Source of the DNA: Octopus sinensis
Taxonomy: Eukaryota
DNA length: 64,000 nt
Direction: 5' to 3'
Assembly: GCF_006345805.1 (NCBI RefSeq)
Contig: NC_042998.1
Coordinates: 120,342,001-120,406,000 of the forward strand
Of this stretch, positions 23,833 through 38,189 are shown piece after piece. Position 1 is the first letter of the stretch; each line of letters begins with the position of its first letter. Under the pieces are notes generated by a model. It ran no database searches. It saw only the letters and a list, made by a program, of their open reading frames with translations, and had not been told where the DNA came from. A program made the position numbers and the translations under genes.

Positions 23833-23990
23833 AGGCACATGTATGGCTGTGTGGTTGAGTTCGCTTCATAACCACATGATTTCAGGTTCTGCCCTACTGC
23901 ATGCTGCTTCAAGTAGGTATTTTCTGCTATAGCTCCAGGTCAACTAATACCTTGTGAGTGAATTTCATAGACAGAAACTGTAAGAAACCT
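23833..23990 (+). mobile_element. SINE family A, 5' half (further partial copies at 28488-28598(-), 30365-30510(+), 48135-48245(+))
   Basis: ggctgtgtggtt...accacatgatttcaggtt...ctatagctc...cttgtgagtgaattt...agacagaaactg. Confidence 0.8.
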
Positions 23991-24539
23991 CATGCATCTG
24001 ATTGTGTGGGAGTGGGGATGACAGGTACAAATGTGCTCATGCATAGGAATGTCCATGTTTCATGTTTGTCATCAGTGAAGTGATATTGATGTTGATATTC
24101 TTTGTTGACATTATGACCAATCTCTCTACTCTTTTGAAGACCTGTGTAATGCATGAAAATATTGTACTCGAAAAAAAGGTAAGGGTTGGTGACAGGAAGA
24201 GCATCTGGTCATAAAAATAATGCCTTAAATGACTCTTGTCTACAGTCTTGCCCATGTGGAAAAATGAGTGTTAAACAAATGAACACACACAGTGATATGT
24301 AATGAGTTATTGTTTGTACTAATGGAAAAATTTATTGGATAAACAATCTTTTGTTTTCCTGTTACCCCCCCTATTTCAAACAGAACTCACAAACCTTTAT
24401 TTCATTCACAAATCTAGCGTTCTTATCCACTATACTGAATTGAACCCAGCACTAGAATTATATTAGTCACAGTTCTTAGTAGTATCCATCCATCTTCTCT
24501 GCACACTATTCTTGATAGGGTTATTGGGATTGAATCCTC

Positions 24540-24870
24540 AAACACCTCCTCCATGGGGTTCTATCAGAAGCAACTGTCATTAGATTTTCCAGCTGGATTC
24601 CCAAATGTGACTGAGACTATGAAATATTATCCAATCATTTTGTTCTTGGTCTACCCCTAGGTTTCTCGCTAGTTGGTTTAGACTGAAGAATCCATCTTGT
24701 GAATCTTTCTTGTGACATTCTGATCACTTGTCCCTTGTACTGGAGCTGTGACCTTTCAGTGTGAAGAAGTGGTGATTCAAACTGGGGAGACCCCCATTCT
24801 TCAAGCTAAGCACCCTGTTGAGTAATATTACTCCAGGGATCTTTTAGAGGAACCCTGTTTTGGCCACTTA
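24540..24870 (-). mobile_element. RTE-clade LINE C-terminal fragment (a second, older family)
   Basis: Translates to ERSQLQYKGQVIRMSQERFTRWILQSKPTSEKPRGRPRTK*LD...VASDRTPWR, matching the RTE QLRW.GHV.RM...RPRGRP..RW motif. Confidence 0.8.
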
Positions 24871-27800
24871 CATTCTTGATTGCACTCTTTCAGCTATTAT
24901 CCAACAATTACAATCAGCTTTTATGTTTCCGTCTTTCTATAGCAATTCTAATGTGTGCTCTCAATACATTATTTCATTTTGGAATATAATTTCTATTCTC
25001 ACATCATGTATGTTCTATCATTCCAGACATTATTGTTTCATATTTGAGTTGAGACTTTTGTTTTGCTAGTCAGACTCGCCAACAATTGTGTTCATTCACA
25101 AGGATAATGTCACAATAAAACTAGAATCCTTTGTGACTCTTAGAAGATGTTATTCTAAAGGCCTATCTGAGGTGATATAACATATGTGATCAACATAACA
25201 CCACAGTGCTGTTCAGATTTATCTCTGCATTCTGCAGAATTTAGAGTTACACTGTTTTATTGTAGAAGTCAAGTTGAGATGATAAAATATTATATTGGTC
25301 AATATAACATGGAAGCAATGTTTCAAAGTAAATTCCATATTATTGCACTCTCACCCAATTATGATAGTCCTTATAACAGGAAAACAAGACAATAACTAAA
25401 TATTAGAATCACAGACAACTCAAAAGTTTCTTAACAAAGACTCTAAATTATAATTGTTATAAACTTGCAGCTGAATCACATGTCTAGTACTAATTTATGA
25501 TTAAATATCAAACAATTAACTGATTCATTTCTGTTGAATAATAGCAGTGGAGTAGTACATCTTGACAATATAAAAACCCACTGCATAGTGTTGCTATAGA
25601 TGGGCAAAAACACCATAAACTTCCTCTGAGGAACCACATTATTAGCACTTTTTGTCTAATGTCTTAATTATCTACAGTAAGGATGATTCCACCTGCCTTC
25701 CACACCGCAATGTGATAAAAAAAAGTGTTGATCATGATACAGCTACTTGACTGTAAAAAAAATTAAGTCGAAGAGGTTCTGGTGCAAGATTTCATTGCAT
25801 AAATGTGAAATAGTACACTTGGACTCTATATGTCAGTTTTGCTGTGTGTAGTTAATTTAGGGAGGGAGTCAAGCACATGACTAGTCTTTATTTAAATGGC
25901 ATCTGCAGAAATGCAAGACATTTGACAACTGAAAGGTTTGAAACAAAACCTCGAAGAGTGAAACTAAATGCTCAGGCTCTGTGATTTCTGTAATGCACTT
26001 CAGTAGGCTCTGTAGAAGGGTTGGTGATAGACAGGGCATGCAACCATAGAACCCACATGTTAAAATGGAACATACAAATGGGACATGGATTCCAAGTTGC
26101 AGTGCAGTCTGCTTGTCCAGGGAGTAGTAACTCCATGTAAGAACTGATATAGAATAAAGGGGCTCTTCAATATTTTTTATAGTGGCATTATAAAATACAT
26201 CCAGTCCACACTGTAAGGCATACACATCACCAAAGTTGGCTAATTTTCACTATTGTTGATATATGCAAGATAATACAAACTGACAGCCCATCAAACCCAT
26301 AACATCATGGATAAAAAGATATAAAACGATAATGATGATAGTGATTTCAAACAGCAGATGGACACAAATTTGGAGAAGGATTTCATTGATATTATTTAGT
26401 TTATGTGTTGGTCATTTGTGGAAATTTAATGTCCATGGTGGTGGTGGAATGTAAACTACAATTCCATGAGTTACTGCATCAAGATTCGGTGTGAATGTGT
26501 GCAAGTAGGGTGGAATCTGCTAAAGGTACTGGATTAAACCCAGAACCATGTGATTGCAAAGGAAACTTGTTAACACTTGGTCATGTCAACACACATATGT
26601 TAGTCTCCAGAAGGAAGATAAAATCAATATTGGTAAGATTTGAATCAGAATATAAAAAGTTATTACTAAATATTACAAGTCATTTTGTCCAATACCCTAC
26701 AAAAACAATAATGATTCTGATAATAAAAATATTTGGCATTATCTTAAATATTTCTAGTTAATCTATAATTAAAATACAATAGTAGTAGTAGTAGTAGTAG
26801 TAGTCAGGGCCCTAAGTATTTACATGAATTATCATCATTCAGATAGGTTAGTGTAGTAGAGAGAGGGAGAGACAGCTGTACTGTATTACTTCTCAAACAC
26901 CTAATTCAAGATGACCCTGCAGGAGTCAACCCTGCCTTTCATTCTATCATTGATCATTAAGATAGTGAAGAAATATGAAAGACTGGCTTATGAAATTCAC
27001 TTGTAGTCTTTCTCTCTTCTTGCACCAAGTAACCAAACCAGTATAAACTGTAGGGGTAGGGTAGAATTGATTTGACATAATATTTCTGTTTTCAGATAAT
27101 GGTTACTGCAAGGAATGATTGTCCCCATATTGTTGGTTTTACTTATTTATTCTTTATTTTTTCTACTAATTTCAATTTGGGCTAATTACACATTAATTAT
27201 GAATATGTAGTTGGTACAGCTGGTGTGGAAGTGTGTGTGCCTGTTGCTGTGCATTGCTTGGCTGTGTGTGTGCTTGGTAGTACATCTGTCAGTGTCTCTG
27301 TGTATGTAGGGACCTGTCATTGTGTGTGTGTATCTCTTGGAATGTTTGTAACTGTTCTTACCATACCACTATAGGTAGTTGCCTTTTAAGTTATTTAATT
27401 ATATTCCACTGACCAGTTTCAATTTGACATAGATTGTTCATATCTCTGTATCATGTATTTTACACACTCTCTCTCTCCCTTTCCCCTCTTATGAAATGTA
27501 AGGACTAATCACCTGTTGATGAATACTTGCATATCAAAAAGTGCATATTTGTTTTTGGATTACTTATAAATATCAGTTGTCTTCCTTCTCAACATCCTCA
27601 TCATCTATTGAACCTAACTCTGTCTGAGGGAGCATTCGGCTTCCATGCTTTCTTTAGCCAGATTGTCTTGGGTTTCTTGTTCCATCTAGCCCATAATCTG
27701 AATTTACTACATTATGTATAGTGGCGCAGTCTTTGCTAGAGAAAGACTTAGTGTTCACAACCATCTATCCATCCTTATTTCTTTGTGATTATGAAGTCTG

Positions 27801-29121
27801 TCTACATTGCTTATTCACTTCAGTGGTAGATAAGTGTGTACATTGAAGTAACTATCCTGTTGTTGTCTAACATGTCGATTAAAATTACTAGTTGTGATAA
27901 TGAAATCACAGTTATCTGTGATTTATAGAGTCTTCAAAAGGGGCTTAATAAAAATGATCCTTCTATTCCTATCAGTGTTGTTTGAGTGCTTATGCAGAAA
28001 TCACTTTTACTGTTGTGTTGTCTCTATAACCAATTTAAATCTTAATTATGACAGGCATCATATAGCCCTACTACTTTAACAAGTTATCTATCCATTTCTC
28101 TGAAAACAACATAACTCTTCACCAACTCTAGTACTGCTACCCATCCAGAAGAAGTTGTACATGCTCCTTGCCTATGAGGAGTCAGACTGAGGTTCCCACT
28201 TCGACACATGTTGTGGTCTCTACTCCAACATCTTTACAATCTCTCTAGTGCAAAGTTTCATCATTTCAACATTCATAATAGTTCTGAAGTGTTGCATTTT
28301 GAAAGAGTAGAGTTTTTCTGTTAGTTCTGAGCTGTTTAATATCTATTTTGTGCATATGAAAGGAAGAGTATAGGTGTGATTATTTGATGATGGTTGAGGG
28401 TTCCTCACACACAGTCAAATGCTGCTATTTAGTCATTCTACTGTTGTGCATACAACTAATATAATAAGTGTACACATGCACATGCACGTTTCTGTTTACC
28501 AAATTCACTCACAAAGCCCAAGGTGTCACACAGTGGAACTGAACTCAAAACCATGTGGTTGGGAAGTGAACTTCTTAACCACAGTCATAACTGTGCCTCT
28601 TTAAGTGTGTAAAACATAGAATAATTTTCACCTCTTTGATTATTGTTTAAACATTTTATAGAGAAAAATTTTTTTTAAATATTTTATTGTATATGTATAT
28701 AGTCCATCAATTATTCATTATCTCTGGATAAGATACTAGTCAGTCAGAAATAAGTTTTACAAGACAGCCTGATACTTAAACAATTGGTTAAAAATGCATC
28801 AAGTAGCATTTCCCTAACCACTGACAACACAAAACATTTGGGATATGAGCAAATGAGTTCTAAATTTTAACATGAAATCTCACAAATTATGAACTGTCAT
28901 CATTAATATATGGAATTTCAAAGTAGAGTGTTTAAAACAGGTACCTTCTTGTTATAAATTTGTCTTGCCTTAGTAAATAAAATGGATTACCACTGTTAGA
29001 GATGTTGAGGTACAAGTGTTTTAACATTCCTGACATACTTCTTAAAGCTGTTTTATGTTAAAACTACCCAACATGTTGATAGTAGTTTGTAACCATCTTA
29101 CATCCTCCTGCTCATAGAAGT

Positions 29122-29157
<36 letters not shown>

Positions 29158-29928
29158 CTGCATTGAAACAACTCTAATTGGTAAATCAGTCAGTAAAAAT
29201 GCAGGTAGTATCTAAGGTCAGTAGCAATATGTGTTGACATGTATTCCACCAATCAACTTGAGTAATTGAGTTGGTGGCTCTCTAGGGAGAATTATATACA
29301 TTTTTTTATTTTATAAAATCTTATCAACAGAGGATGAATTGTTTTTGTATTTTAAATAAGCAATTTGAAGATAAGCAAAATCTTTCATCATCTCCTGTAA
29401 ATCTACTGCATTTACTCTTGGATATCAATTTCTAATTAGAAGTTATTTCTAATTAAGTCTGTAATGATTAGTTGTTGTATGTGTGGTCTTGGTGGGGGAT
29501 AATAAATTGGTTATATTTATGGATTAGCTGTATTATTCAGAAGTCGTACAATAAAACAACTGACTTGCTGGGAAGTACTTACAGAATTTAAAATTATGGG
29601 AAGCACTAAGAAGTATTTAGTTTGTAGTAAATACATTTACACTAATGATAATACAAAGTTTATATGACACTTAGGGGTGTGGCTTAAAACGTTCTGCTCT
29701 AATTTTGTTTTAAAATAAAATGTAACATATGACAATTGGAATAACAATAATAGAAATGTTTCAAATGAAGTGGTTGTGTGAAAAGCATCAGGTTATTAAT
29801 AAAAAATAAAAGAAATTAAGCTACGCCCAGTTTATATTTGAGCAGTTGAGACTAAGAAAAGTATTTACTTCACTAACTAGCAAATGTCAACATTTTCAGA
29901 AACACTTAATTCAGGCTAGTATGTAAAC

Positions 29929-30072
29929 CAAGCATGGGCAACCTTCTTTGAGAAGTGAGTTGCTTGAAACATCACACCTCATTAAGTGTGATACACTATG
30001 AAAAGAATTCAAAGTAATTTTTATTGGCATGCCATCCAAAATGTTGTGTAGGCTGCAGTTTGCCCATAACTG
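29929..30072. mobile_element. hAT/Charlie-type MITE, 144 bp
   Basis: Imperfect TIRs CAAGCATGGGCAA / TTGCCCATAACTG. The left flank ATGTAAAC fits the NTNTANAN target, and the right flank ATATTAAAC is a degraded match. Confidence 0.65.
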
Positions 30073-30817
30073 ATATTAAACTATGAACATAGACTGTTCT
30101 CACCTCATTAGAATTTTTGCACCATATTTCCCTGAATTTGCACCAATTTTCCCAACATTCTTCAATTAATTTTATATGAAAGGTAAACCCATGAAAGTTT
30201 GCAATATCGGGTTAATTTTTTTAAGAACACATCAAATAAACTTACAAAATTATCCACTGCAAGATCAATGAAATGATTCTTGTATATGAACTTTGTTAGT
30301 GACTATCAGTCTGTTGACTTCTGTGCCATCTGTGAAATTGGAACACATAGTGTATGTGTGAATAGCTGGTTACTGGTTAAGAAGTTTGCTTCATAATCAC
30401 AAGATCCCAGGTTCAATACCACTGTATGGTAGCTTGAGCAAGTATCATTTGTCATAGTTTCAGGGTGACCCAACTTATGAATGAAATTAACTGGACAGAA
30501 ACACTAGAAAACTGTCAGTGTTTGCTTCTGTACTTCAAATGTTTTGTCATGTCATACTGTGTCATGCTCTATATGGCTGACTAAAGGTACTGTCGAACAG
30601 TAAATCACTTAGGCACTAATATGAATAGACAGTTTCATCTGTTGATTAAACAACTGAATACATGCCATTGAAACCAACAAATTTCCATTTAGTGTGTGTG
30701 TATGTCAAAAGATTTACATGGATAATGCTAGGTGCTTTAGTAATTTCAGAGGTGTTTTTTTTTTATGTCCAATATATATGTGTAACAAATGTATAGATTT
30801 CTTTTACTCTCTATATA

Positions 30818-31817
30818 TCATCATCATCGTCGTTTAGTGTCCGCTTTCCATGCTGGCATGGGTTGGATGGTTTGACTGAGGACTGGCAAGTCAGGAGGCT
30901 GCACCAGGCTCCAATCTGATCTGGCAAGATTTCTACAGCTGAATGTCCTTTCTAACGCCAACCACTCCAAGAGTGTAGTGGGTGCTTATCATATGCCACC
31001 AGCACGGGGCCCAGTCAGGTAGCACTGGCATTGACCATGCTCATTGTACTTTTTACGTGCCACCAGCATGGGAGCCAGTCCAGTGGCACTGGCATCAACC
31101 ATGTTCAAATGGTGCATTTTATGTACCATTAGCACAGGTGCCAGTCAAGAAGTACTGGCATCGGCCACAACAATGGTTTCACTTGACTCAACAGTCTTCT
31201 CAAGCACAGCGTATTGTCTGGCAATTGAAGGGTACTTTTAAATGGGTCGGTTATGCGACACTGGCATAGGCCACAGCTACAATCTCACTTGACTTGCCGG
31301 GTCTTCTCAAGCACAGCATATCTTGAAAGGTCTCAGTCGCTTGTCATTGCCTCTGTGAGGCCCAATGTTTGAAGGTTGTGCTTCTCCACCTCATCCCAGG
31401 TCTTCCTGAGTCTACCTCTTCTACAGGTTCCTTCCACTGTTAGGATGTAACACTTCTTAACACAGCTGTCTTCATCCATGTGTAACACATGACTGTACCT
31501 GTGCAGTCATCTTGCACACTGCATCTGTTGCTTCTTATGTTCAACTTTTCTCTCAGGGCGCTCACACTGTCATGTGTGCACACTGACATTACTCATCCAG
31601 TGGAGCATACTAGCTTCATTTCTTTCAAGCCTACACATGTCCATAGCAGTTTCACTTCCATGTAGCATGGCTGTTTGTACACATGCGTCATACAATCTAC
31701 CTTTCACTCATTCACTCTGAGTGAGAGGCCATTTGTTACCAGCAGAGGTAGGAGCTCTCTGAACTTTGCCCAGGCCATTCAGAGAGCTCCTACCTCTGCT
31801 GGTAACAAAGGGCCTCT
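30818..31817 (-). mobile_element. 5'-truncated RTE LINE with an intact 3' tail and a terminal inverted duplication
   Basis: A (cat)n tail starts at 30818, followed by the 3'UTR. The coding end reads ...RGRLRKTWDEV...RYAVLEKTRQVK*. The copy is colinear with 59687-60700. Confidence 0.93.
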
Positions 31818-34800
31818 TGCTCATATAAATAATCAGAAGATGGATTTGGTATTAATCTTTATTTTGTACAACGCTTGTTTCGACCCATCCTGCTACTGTC
31901 CCTTATGTGTAGGACTCTGTTCAACATGTTGTGTTGCATCCATTTTGCAGTCTGGATCTCATCAGGTACATCCCTACATAAAGTTGAGTCTTGCTAAAGA
32001 TCCTGAGTTTTGGCTGTCATGTTACATGCCCCTCTGGTTAGGGAATGAAACATCAGTACAATTCTGAATTACTATTATCTTTCTATAATAAGAATTGCAA
32101 AGACAAATAAATGTTGATTTAAAAAAAAATTTTTTTAGTGGAAGTAAATGAATGGACAAGGATGGATTGAGTTACATTGGGTTTAGACAAAAGGGATGGT
32201 ACTATAAAAAGGAAGGGGAAGCTATATGTGCAGGCTACAATGCCTAGTGGGTGATCAGTTGTTTAGCTAGCTAGGTTAGGTCAGGATGCATATACACACA
32301 TTGGCACACACACCTGCTTATACATACATTCATTCAAGGGACGTTGGCCCACCCACCCATATGGTCAATTTTGGCCACAACTGCAGTTTGGATAATTTAT
32401 GGTTGGAAGACATCCTCATCAGAAGTCTGTCATCATAGTCACCTCAAGACTAGGGCTGCTTGCAGACAGTCTGACTCGTTCCACATCTATATCACCAAGG
32501 GTGAATGCCTATATGTGCATACACACATGCATACATACACTCACACATGCATAAACACATATACATATCCATATGTATATATCTACACAAACATATACAA
32601 GTACGGACCTACATACATACATTTATATATACACACACACACACACCACAGAGTCCCACCCGTAAGGGACAACGGCATGGGTTGAAATGACCATTGTACA
32701 AAACAAAGATTGATACTAAATCCATCTTCTGATTATTTAAGAAATTATAATTATTATTATCATCATTATATAGATAGAAAGATAACACACATATTGTAAA
32801 TGAAAGCTATCCTAAACTCTAGCAGTCACACGTACCTACTTGGCAAACATTTTACATAAGACATGTGGAGTTTAGTATGAGAGGTTACATGAAATGTCTT
32901 TTAATGAGTCATCTATTACTGTAAAGAGGCTATAGAATAAAATATATTACTTCAGAGATCACTGCTGGAAATTATTTGACATGCTCTTCAGTTTTCTAGT
33001 CCTTAGTGTAATGTTGGTTATGTAACGAAGTAAACAGTTTTTCAACTTCCTTGTTTCTCTCTCTCTCTCTCTCTCTCCCTCTCCTTTTCCAGTGGTCTGG
33101 TCTTGAAACCTCAAACCATTGCTATTTCAGGCTTTTTAAACCTCTACTTGGTTTTAATGAGGGTGCCCTGTCTCTACATAAGTACATGTATGTGTGTGCG
33201 TGCACACACACACATTGATAGATAGATAGATAGATGTAGAGTGAAAGACAGACAGAAAAATCTCATTAAAATGTAGCAATATGAGAAAGGGTACCAGTTT
33301 TAGCTGATTTTTCAAGTTAAAGATGGTAAAGGATAATGTGTGTGTGTGTTGTGAGAGAGAGAAAGAGAGAGAGAGAGCTATTTGAAATATATACTCTGTG
33401 TGCTAAACATAATACAGTCACCAATTTTCAGAAAATACTGTTAAGTCATATACAATGTAAAATATATGTAACATTATAGTATGTAAACATATAAAAAAAA
33501 AAAAAAAACTATCATTTAGTGTTAATTTCAGTTATCTGTTTTGAGTTTGATGTGGTGGTGGCTACTGTGCTGCTGATCTGAGTGAATAGTGCTATGACAC
33601 TGCACTGTTCTTTACATCCCACTGGTAGACAGTAAAGCTGACTGAGGAGGGAGTGAGTCAAAAGCAGGTGGGTTGTCACTGCTGTTAGTTGGCTGAACAT
33701 CTGCAACTGGGTTGGGACATAGTGACTTGATGAATGAGTTGAGTTTCATTTGTATACCTTACTGAAGTTGCTTCCAGTTAGTTAATAAGTTCACTGAAGG
33801 CTCTAAGATGGTGATGCTATTGCTGAACACCAGTTTCTATGATCAAATCAATGTACAAAATTACTTATTGTAGGGATTCTCGTACAACAAAGTGTTTGGG
33901 TGTCTCATCTTCATTATCCTTATTATCTCTTCCAATGTCACCTCTATCTCTTCATCTGCTCTTTCTTCATTTAAGCTTGATATCCAGGGTCACCCTTTAT
34001 GTTCTCTAGCCTGGTTCTAAGATTGTTTTCTTTGACGCCTGTTTCACTTGTCGTCTATATTGTGCAGAACTAAACACCCACACATCCACCGAGTGTTGGC
34101 AAAAGTTGTAGTTTAAAGTGCTTTTCATGGAACTGTTAAATTCAATATTACAGACATAAGATTGTAATTCTTGAAGTAACTGATAGTTTTTTGTGCTCAT
34201 GTGCCTTCCCTAATATTATAATCTATCTGAATGATAACGTCATCTTTATATTCATCATCTTTATCATCATTGTTTTATATCTACTTTCTCTATTGGCATG
34301 GGTTTAATGAATTGTCTTCAGCCCATTCTTATTTGGTGTTTTTGCTCCCCTTGAAGTATCTGTTGACCACATCTTGCTCATACATCAACATGATTTCTAC
34401 AGTTGGATGTTCTTTTTTATACTAATCATTTTAAAGAATGTACTGGATACATTTTATCATGGCACCAGTACTAGAGAAGTTGCAGGCTACAGTTATACTT
34501 TTGAGTTATTGGCTGGGTCATAGTGATAATGTTTTATGAAAGAACGTAGACCTTATTTTACCTTCATTATTGGCAAGTTGGTCTCTACCTGTGCAAGCCG
34601 GTATGTTGTCCTAAATTAACGATGCCATCACTTCCACAGCAGACAGTTAGAGGACATCTTTCATGTATTTATGCACTGCAAGAATGAAGAAGTGAGAGGT
34701 ATCAGTTATTAAAGATTTCTTGGAATGGTAGCAATAGACTGGTAGCTGGCACATTATGGTTTTCAAAACTTGCAGATGTTCTGACCTTCTCATTTCTGCT

Positions 34801-35819
34801 CACTTTAAATGGTGCATACTATCTGTTTCCATACAATGCAACAACAAAAAATATATCTTAATTTAAGACTTGGTGCAGAGGTTTCATTATTCAAAGTTGT
34901 ATTATTCCAAGTTAGTGACCATCAATACAATGCATGTTTCATCTGTGTTATACAGTCAGGAAATATAGTCATCTAACTCTTTCTGAAAAGTTTCACTTCC
35001 TCTGTTGGTACTTCATTGGCAATTTCTAAATATCCACAACCACCTGTCACTATATCCAATGCTTACATATTGAGTTCCTACACTGACAGATGAATTGTAG
35101 AAATTCAATGAGATCATCGATGATAAACCACTTTGTTGTTGCTCCTCAAGATTTGCATATTTTGTAATTCTTATATATTTTCTTGCACCAACAGGTAACG
35201 ATTTAAAATTCATAGTAATATTGTATTCCAAAAGAAAATGCAGCTTGTCTTGTGCTCAAGCTCAAGCACAAAGCTAAACTGCTTTTTAACACTATACTCT
35301 TCACAAACTCTTACCTCTAAACTACTAGCCTCTAACTTCTCAACTTTTTATGATCCAAAAGCTAAAACATTAAAACACCAGACTAGGTCCTCAACTCTAA
35401 TTAGATCATTGTCCTACATTTATGATATACTTTGTCTTTTACTTCAGGAGATAGTGAGGGATGACAGTAGTATAGTACTTGTACTAAAATCGGTGTGAAT
35501 TCATGTGATCTTATCTCAAAAATTGGGCCTGCATTACCTTCAGTAAACAGTTGCCTAGCTTTTAGTCAGTCCTTGATCAAACAGATCCTGTGATCAAATG
35601 CATCCTTTTCCTTGGCAGAGTATACACTGGGTCAGCTTATCCAATGTGTACTTTTCTTTTTTAAGACAGTATAGTGTGATTTGAGAAAGATTTGATTACT
35701 ATTTTTACCATTATTAGCAACCTTATAAGGGATCACTCAGTGGTTAATTTTAATAAATAGTTTTCGCTGCATGCATCGAAGATAGCTTCTCAGATTCTTT
35801 AAGGTGTACTCATGCACCT

Positions 35820-35829
35820 TCTCTCTCTC

Positions 35830-35879
<50 letters not shown>

Positions 35880-35892
35880 TACACACTCACAT
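35820..35892. repeat. (CT)n(CA)n compound microsatellite (similar at 53761-53805)
   Basis: Directly visible. Confidence 0.95.
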
Positions 35893-37714
35893 ATATGATA
35901 TTTCATGCTGTTCTTGCTTTTCTTTGTACCAGATTTCTGTGCCTTTCTTTCCATTCAACAGTTTTCTAATAGCAACCTATTTATTTTCAAAGTAGTAACA
36001 AACTGCCATGAAAATAATTCCAATGTAATGGTGGTGGTCCTCTCCATTTCTCTGTAGATATTTACCAAGACAGGCCAAACAGTTGGAATTATTGTCTTTA
36101 CTCAACGAAGGTATTTTTTGCATTAGTCAGTCTTTAAGGAACACAAAATTGGTGAAATTACTATTCTGAACTGATAGATGTGAACTACAGACTTAAAATA
36201 ACTTTACCCCCTAATTAGTGGGTTTGCTTGCTGATGAGATTAATGATAGTGTATGTGTGCTTATGTTTTTGTGTGTGTGTGCTTATGTTTTTGTGTATGT
36301 GTGTGTGTGCGTGTGTGTAGTCATGCCAGGAGGAAAATGCTTAAAGAAAAACCTGGAATACGAGGTGTGTGTAGTATGAGTATCTATGTATAAACACCGA
36401 TAACTATACTGACATGCATATACACAAGTATTATTATCATGATGTATGTGCCTATGTAATATTTATACATAGACATTAATGTTACATCCTTAATTTAAAT
36501 GGCCAGTGATGATACAAGTTAATGTGTGCAGATGAGAAGTTAGCTGAAAGCAGCAGATATGCTTGTAAGAATAGGTATGTTATGATTGGTCTAGGAAACT
36601 GTGTATACAAGTTGACGGTGGGGAACATAGTGACCTGACATTTGTACTGGCTGGTCCCTGAAAACAAATAGCAGAGAAGAATAAGCAATGGGTATGGGGA
36701 TACTGTTCTAAACTTAGAGAAGTTTGGAAGTGTAAGTGGAAATTAAAATGTATCAGTTGTTGATGACTGCAGAAAAAGGAAGATATTATTGTCTGAATGG
36801 AACAGGGAAAGTAAATTTCAAAGATAAATGGGTTGAGATTTGGTGTGGAATGTGATGAAGTAAAACTTAACATCTAAAAGCTTTAACTGAGGGAAGGAAA
36901 TGATTAAGGAGACAGTGGGGGTGGGGGGCTAGGGGTGGAATTTGGTTTATTATCCTATCACTACTGTTGCTCCTGCTGCTGATGATGATGATAATTGTGG
37001 TGTTGTGGATACAAATATAAAGTATCTTTATCAGTGAAACCAACCATGATAGTTACAGTATAGTCATTTCATCTTAGTTTACATAAGAATTAGGCTTTTA
37101 GTTGAGCAAAAAAGAAAAGTCTCAAATTTTGTTTTCTTTGCTATCATTGGTTGAATAATTCTGCAAATTTAGACATCTTCTGTAGCTGCTGTTGCTTCAT
37201 TTATTATTGGTTTCCATTTTTGTTCAGCACTCAAACATGATGATTGATTAAGCAGCATGGTATTACTTAGGTTTTTGTGTTTTTCAACATTGTCTGTGGG
37301 TACTTTTACTAAAATGCTTTACCTCCTCTCCTCTTCCACCTCATCCTCCTTACATCATAATTATCATTGGTTAATATTCATTTTTCCATATATTGCCACT
37401 TTGTGATATTTCATTTGTATAATTAATTTCTCTCTATTCATTCTCAGACTCTCTCCAATCATCCTCACTCACTTTTCTATCTGTATGTAACTCACTCTCC
37501 AACTGTCTCAATCTATGTCCCAGTTCACTGTCACAATCTTCCTGCCATCATATGTGCTCTACTCATTCTCACATTGTCTTCTTTACATCTACTAATATAT
37601 CTCTGCTCATCCTTACACTGTCTTCCTTCTAATAATTATTATTATCTTCATTAACCCAGTAAAAAAAATAATAAATCATTGATACTGTTTAAGATATGTC
37701 TTTTGTAGTAGTAG

Positions 37715-38032
37715 TTTCTAACAGGCACAGGGCCTGAAAATCTGTGGGAGGGATACTGTTTATTCTGACCCAAGTATTTGACTTGTGCTTCCTTTTATCA
37801 ACCTCAGAAAGATGAAAAGTAAAGCTGACCACAACAGGATTTGAAGCTAGAACATATTGAACCAGAACAAATGCTGCAAGATATTTTGCCAGTGCTCTAA
37901 TGTTTCTGCCAATTTATTGACCTCAGTAGTAGCAGTAGCAGCAATCCTTTCTATTACAGGAACAAGCCCTGAAATTTTAGGGGAGTGGGGCTAGTCAATT
38001 ACATCAACCCCAGTACTTGACTGGTACTTTTT
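37715..38032 (-). mobile_element. Two head-to-tail SINE family B copies (the second is partial)
   Basis: Both start with a tttcta..acagg.ac.g..cctgaaa pattern and contain cc.cagta.ttgact.gt.ctt. Confidence 0.8.
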
Positions 38033-38079
38033 TCACCAACTCCCAAAGCTCATTACCTTAAATAATAATAACAATTATA

Positions 38080-38152
38080 ATACATTCCTTATTGGTCACA
38101 AGGGCTCAGAAAAAATATTTGTAACAATACATAGACAAAGGACTGTGGATAT

Positions 38153-38189
<37 letters not shown>

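Noticed and set aside
24055-24080. Minus-strand CTGATGA...GAAAC hammerhead-like core
   Set aside because: Stem II cannot form (CAAACAT) and no flanking stems were found.
32330-32700. GC-richer block with a small GTCCC...GGGAC hairpin
   Set aside because: It is probably an unrecognised repeat fragment, with no second copy, termini or ORF in the window to support a call.
33880-35230. Possible eroded DNA-transposon coding sequence on the minus strand (FVVALYG... near 34830)
   Set aside because: A single weak motif is not enough to assign a family without a profile search.
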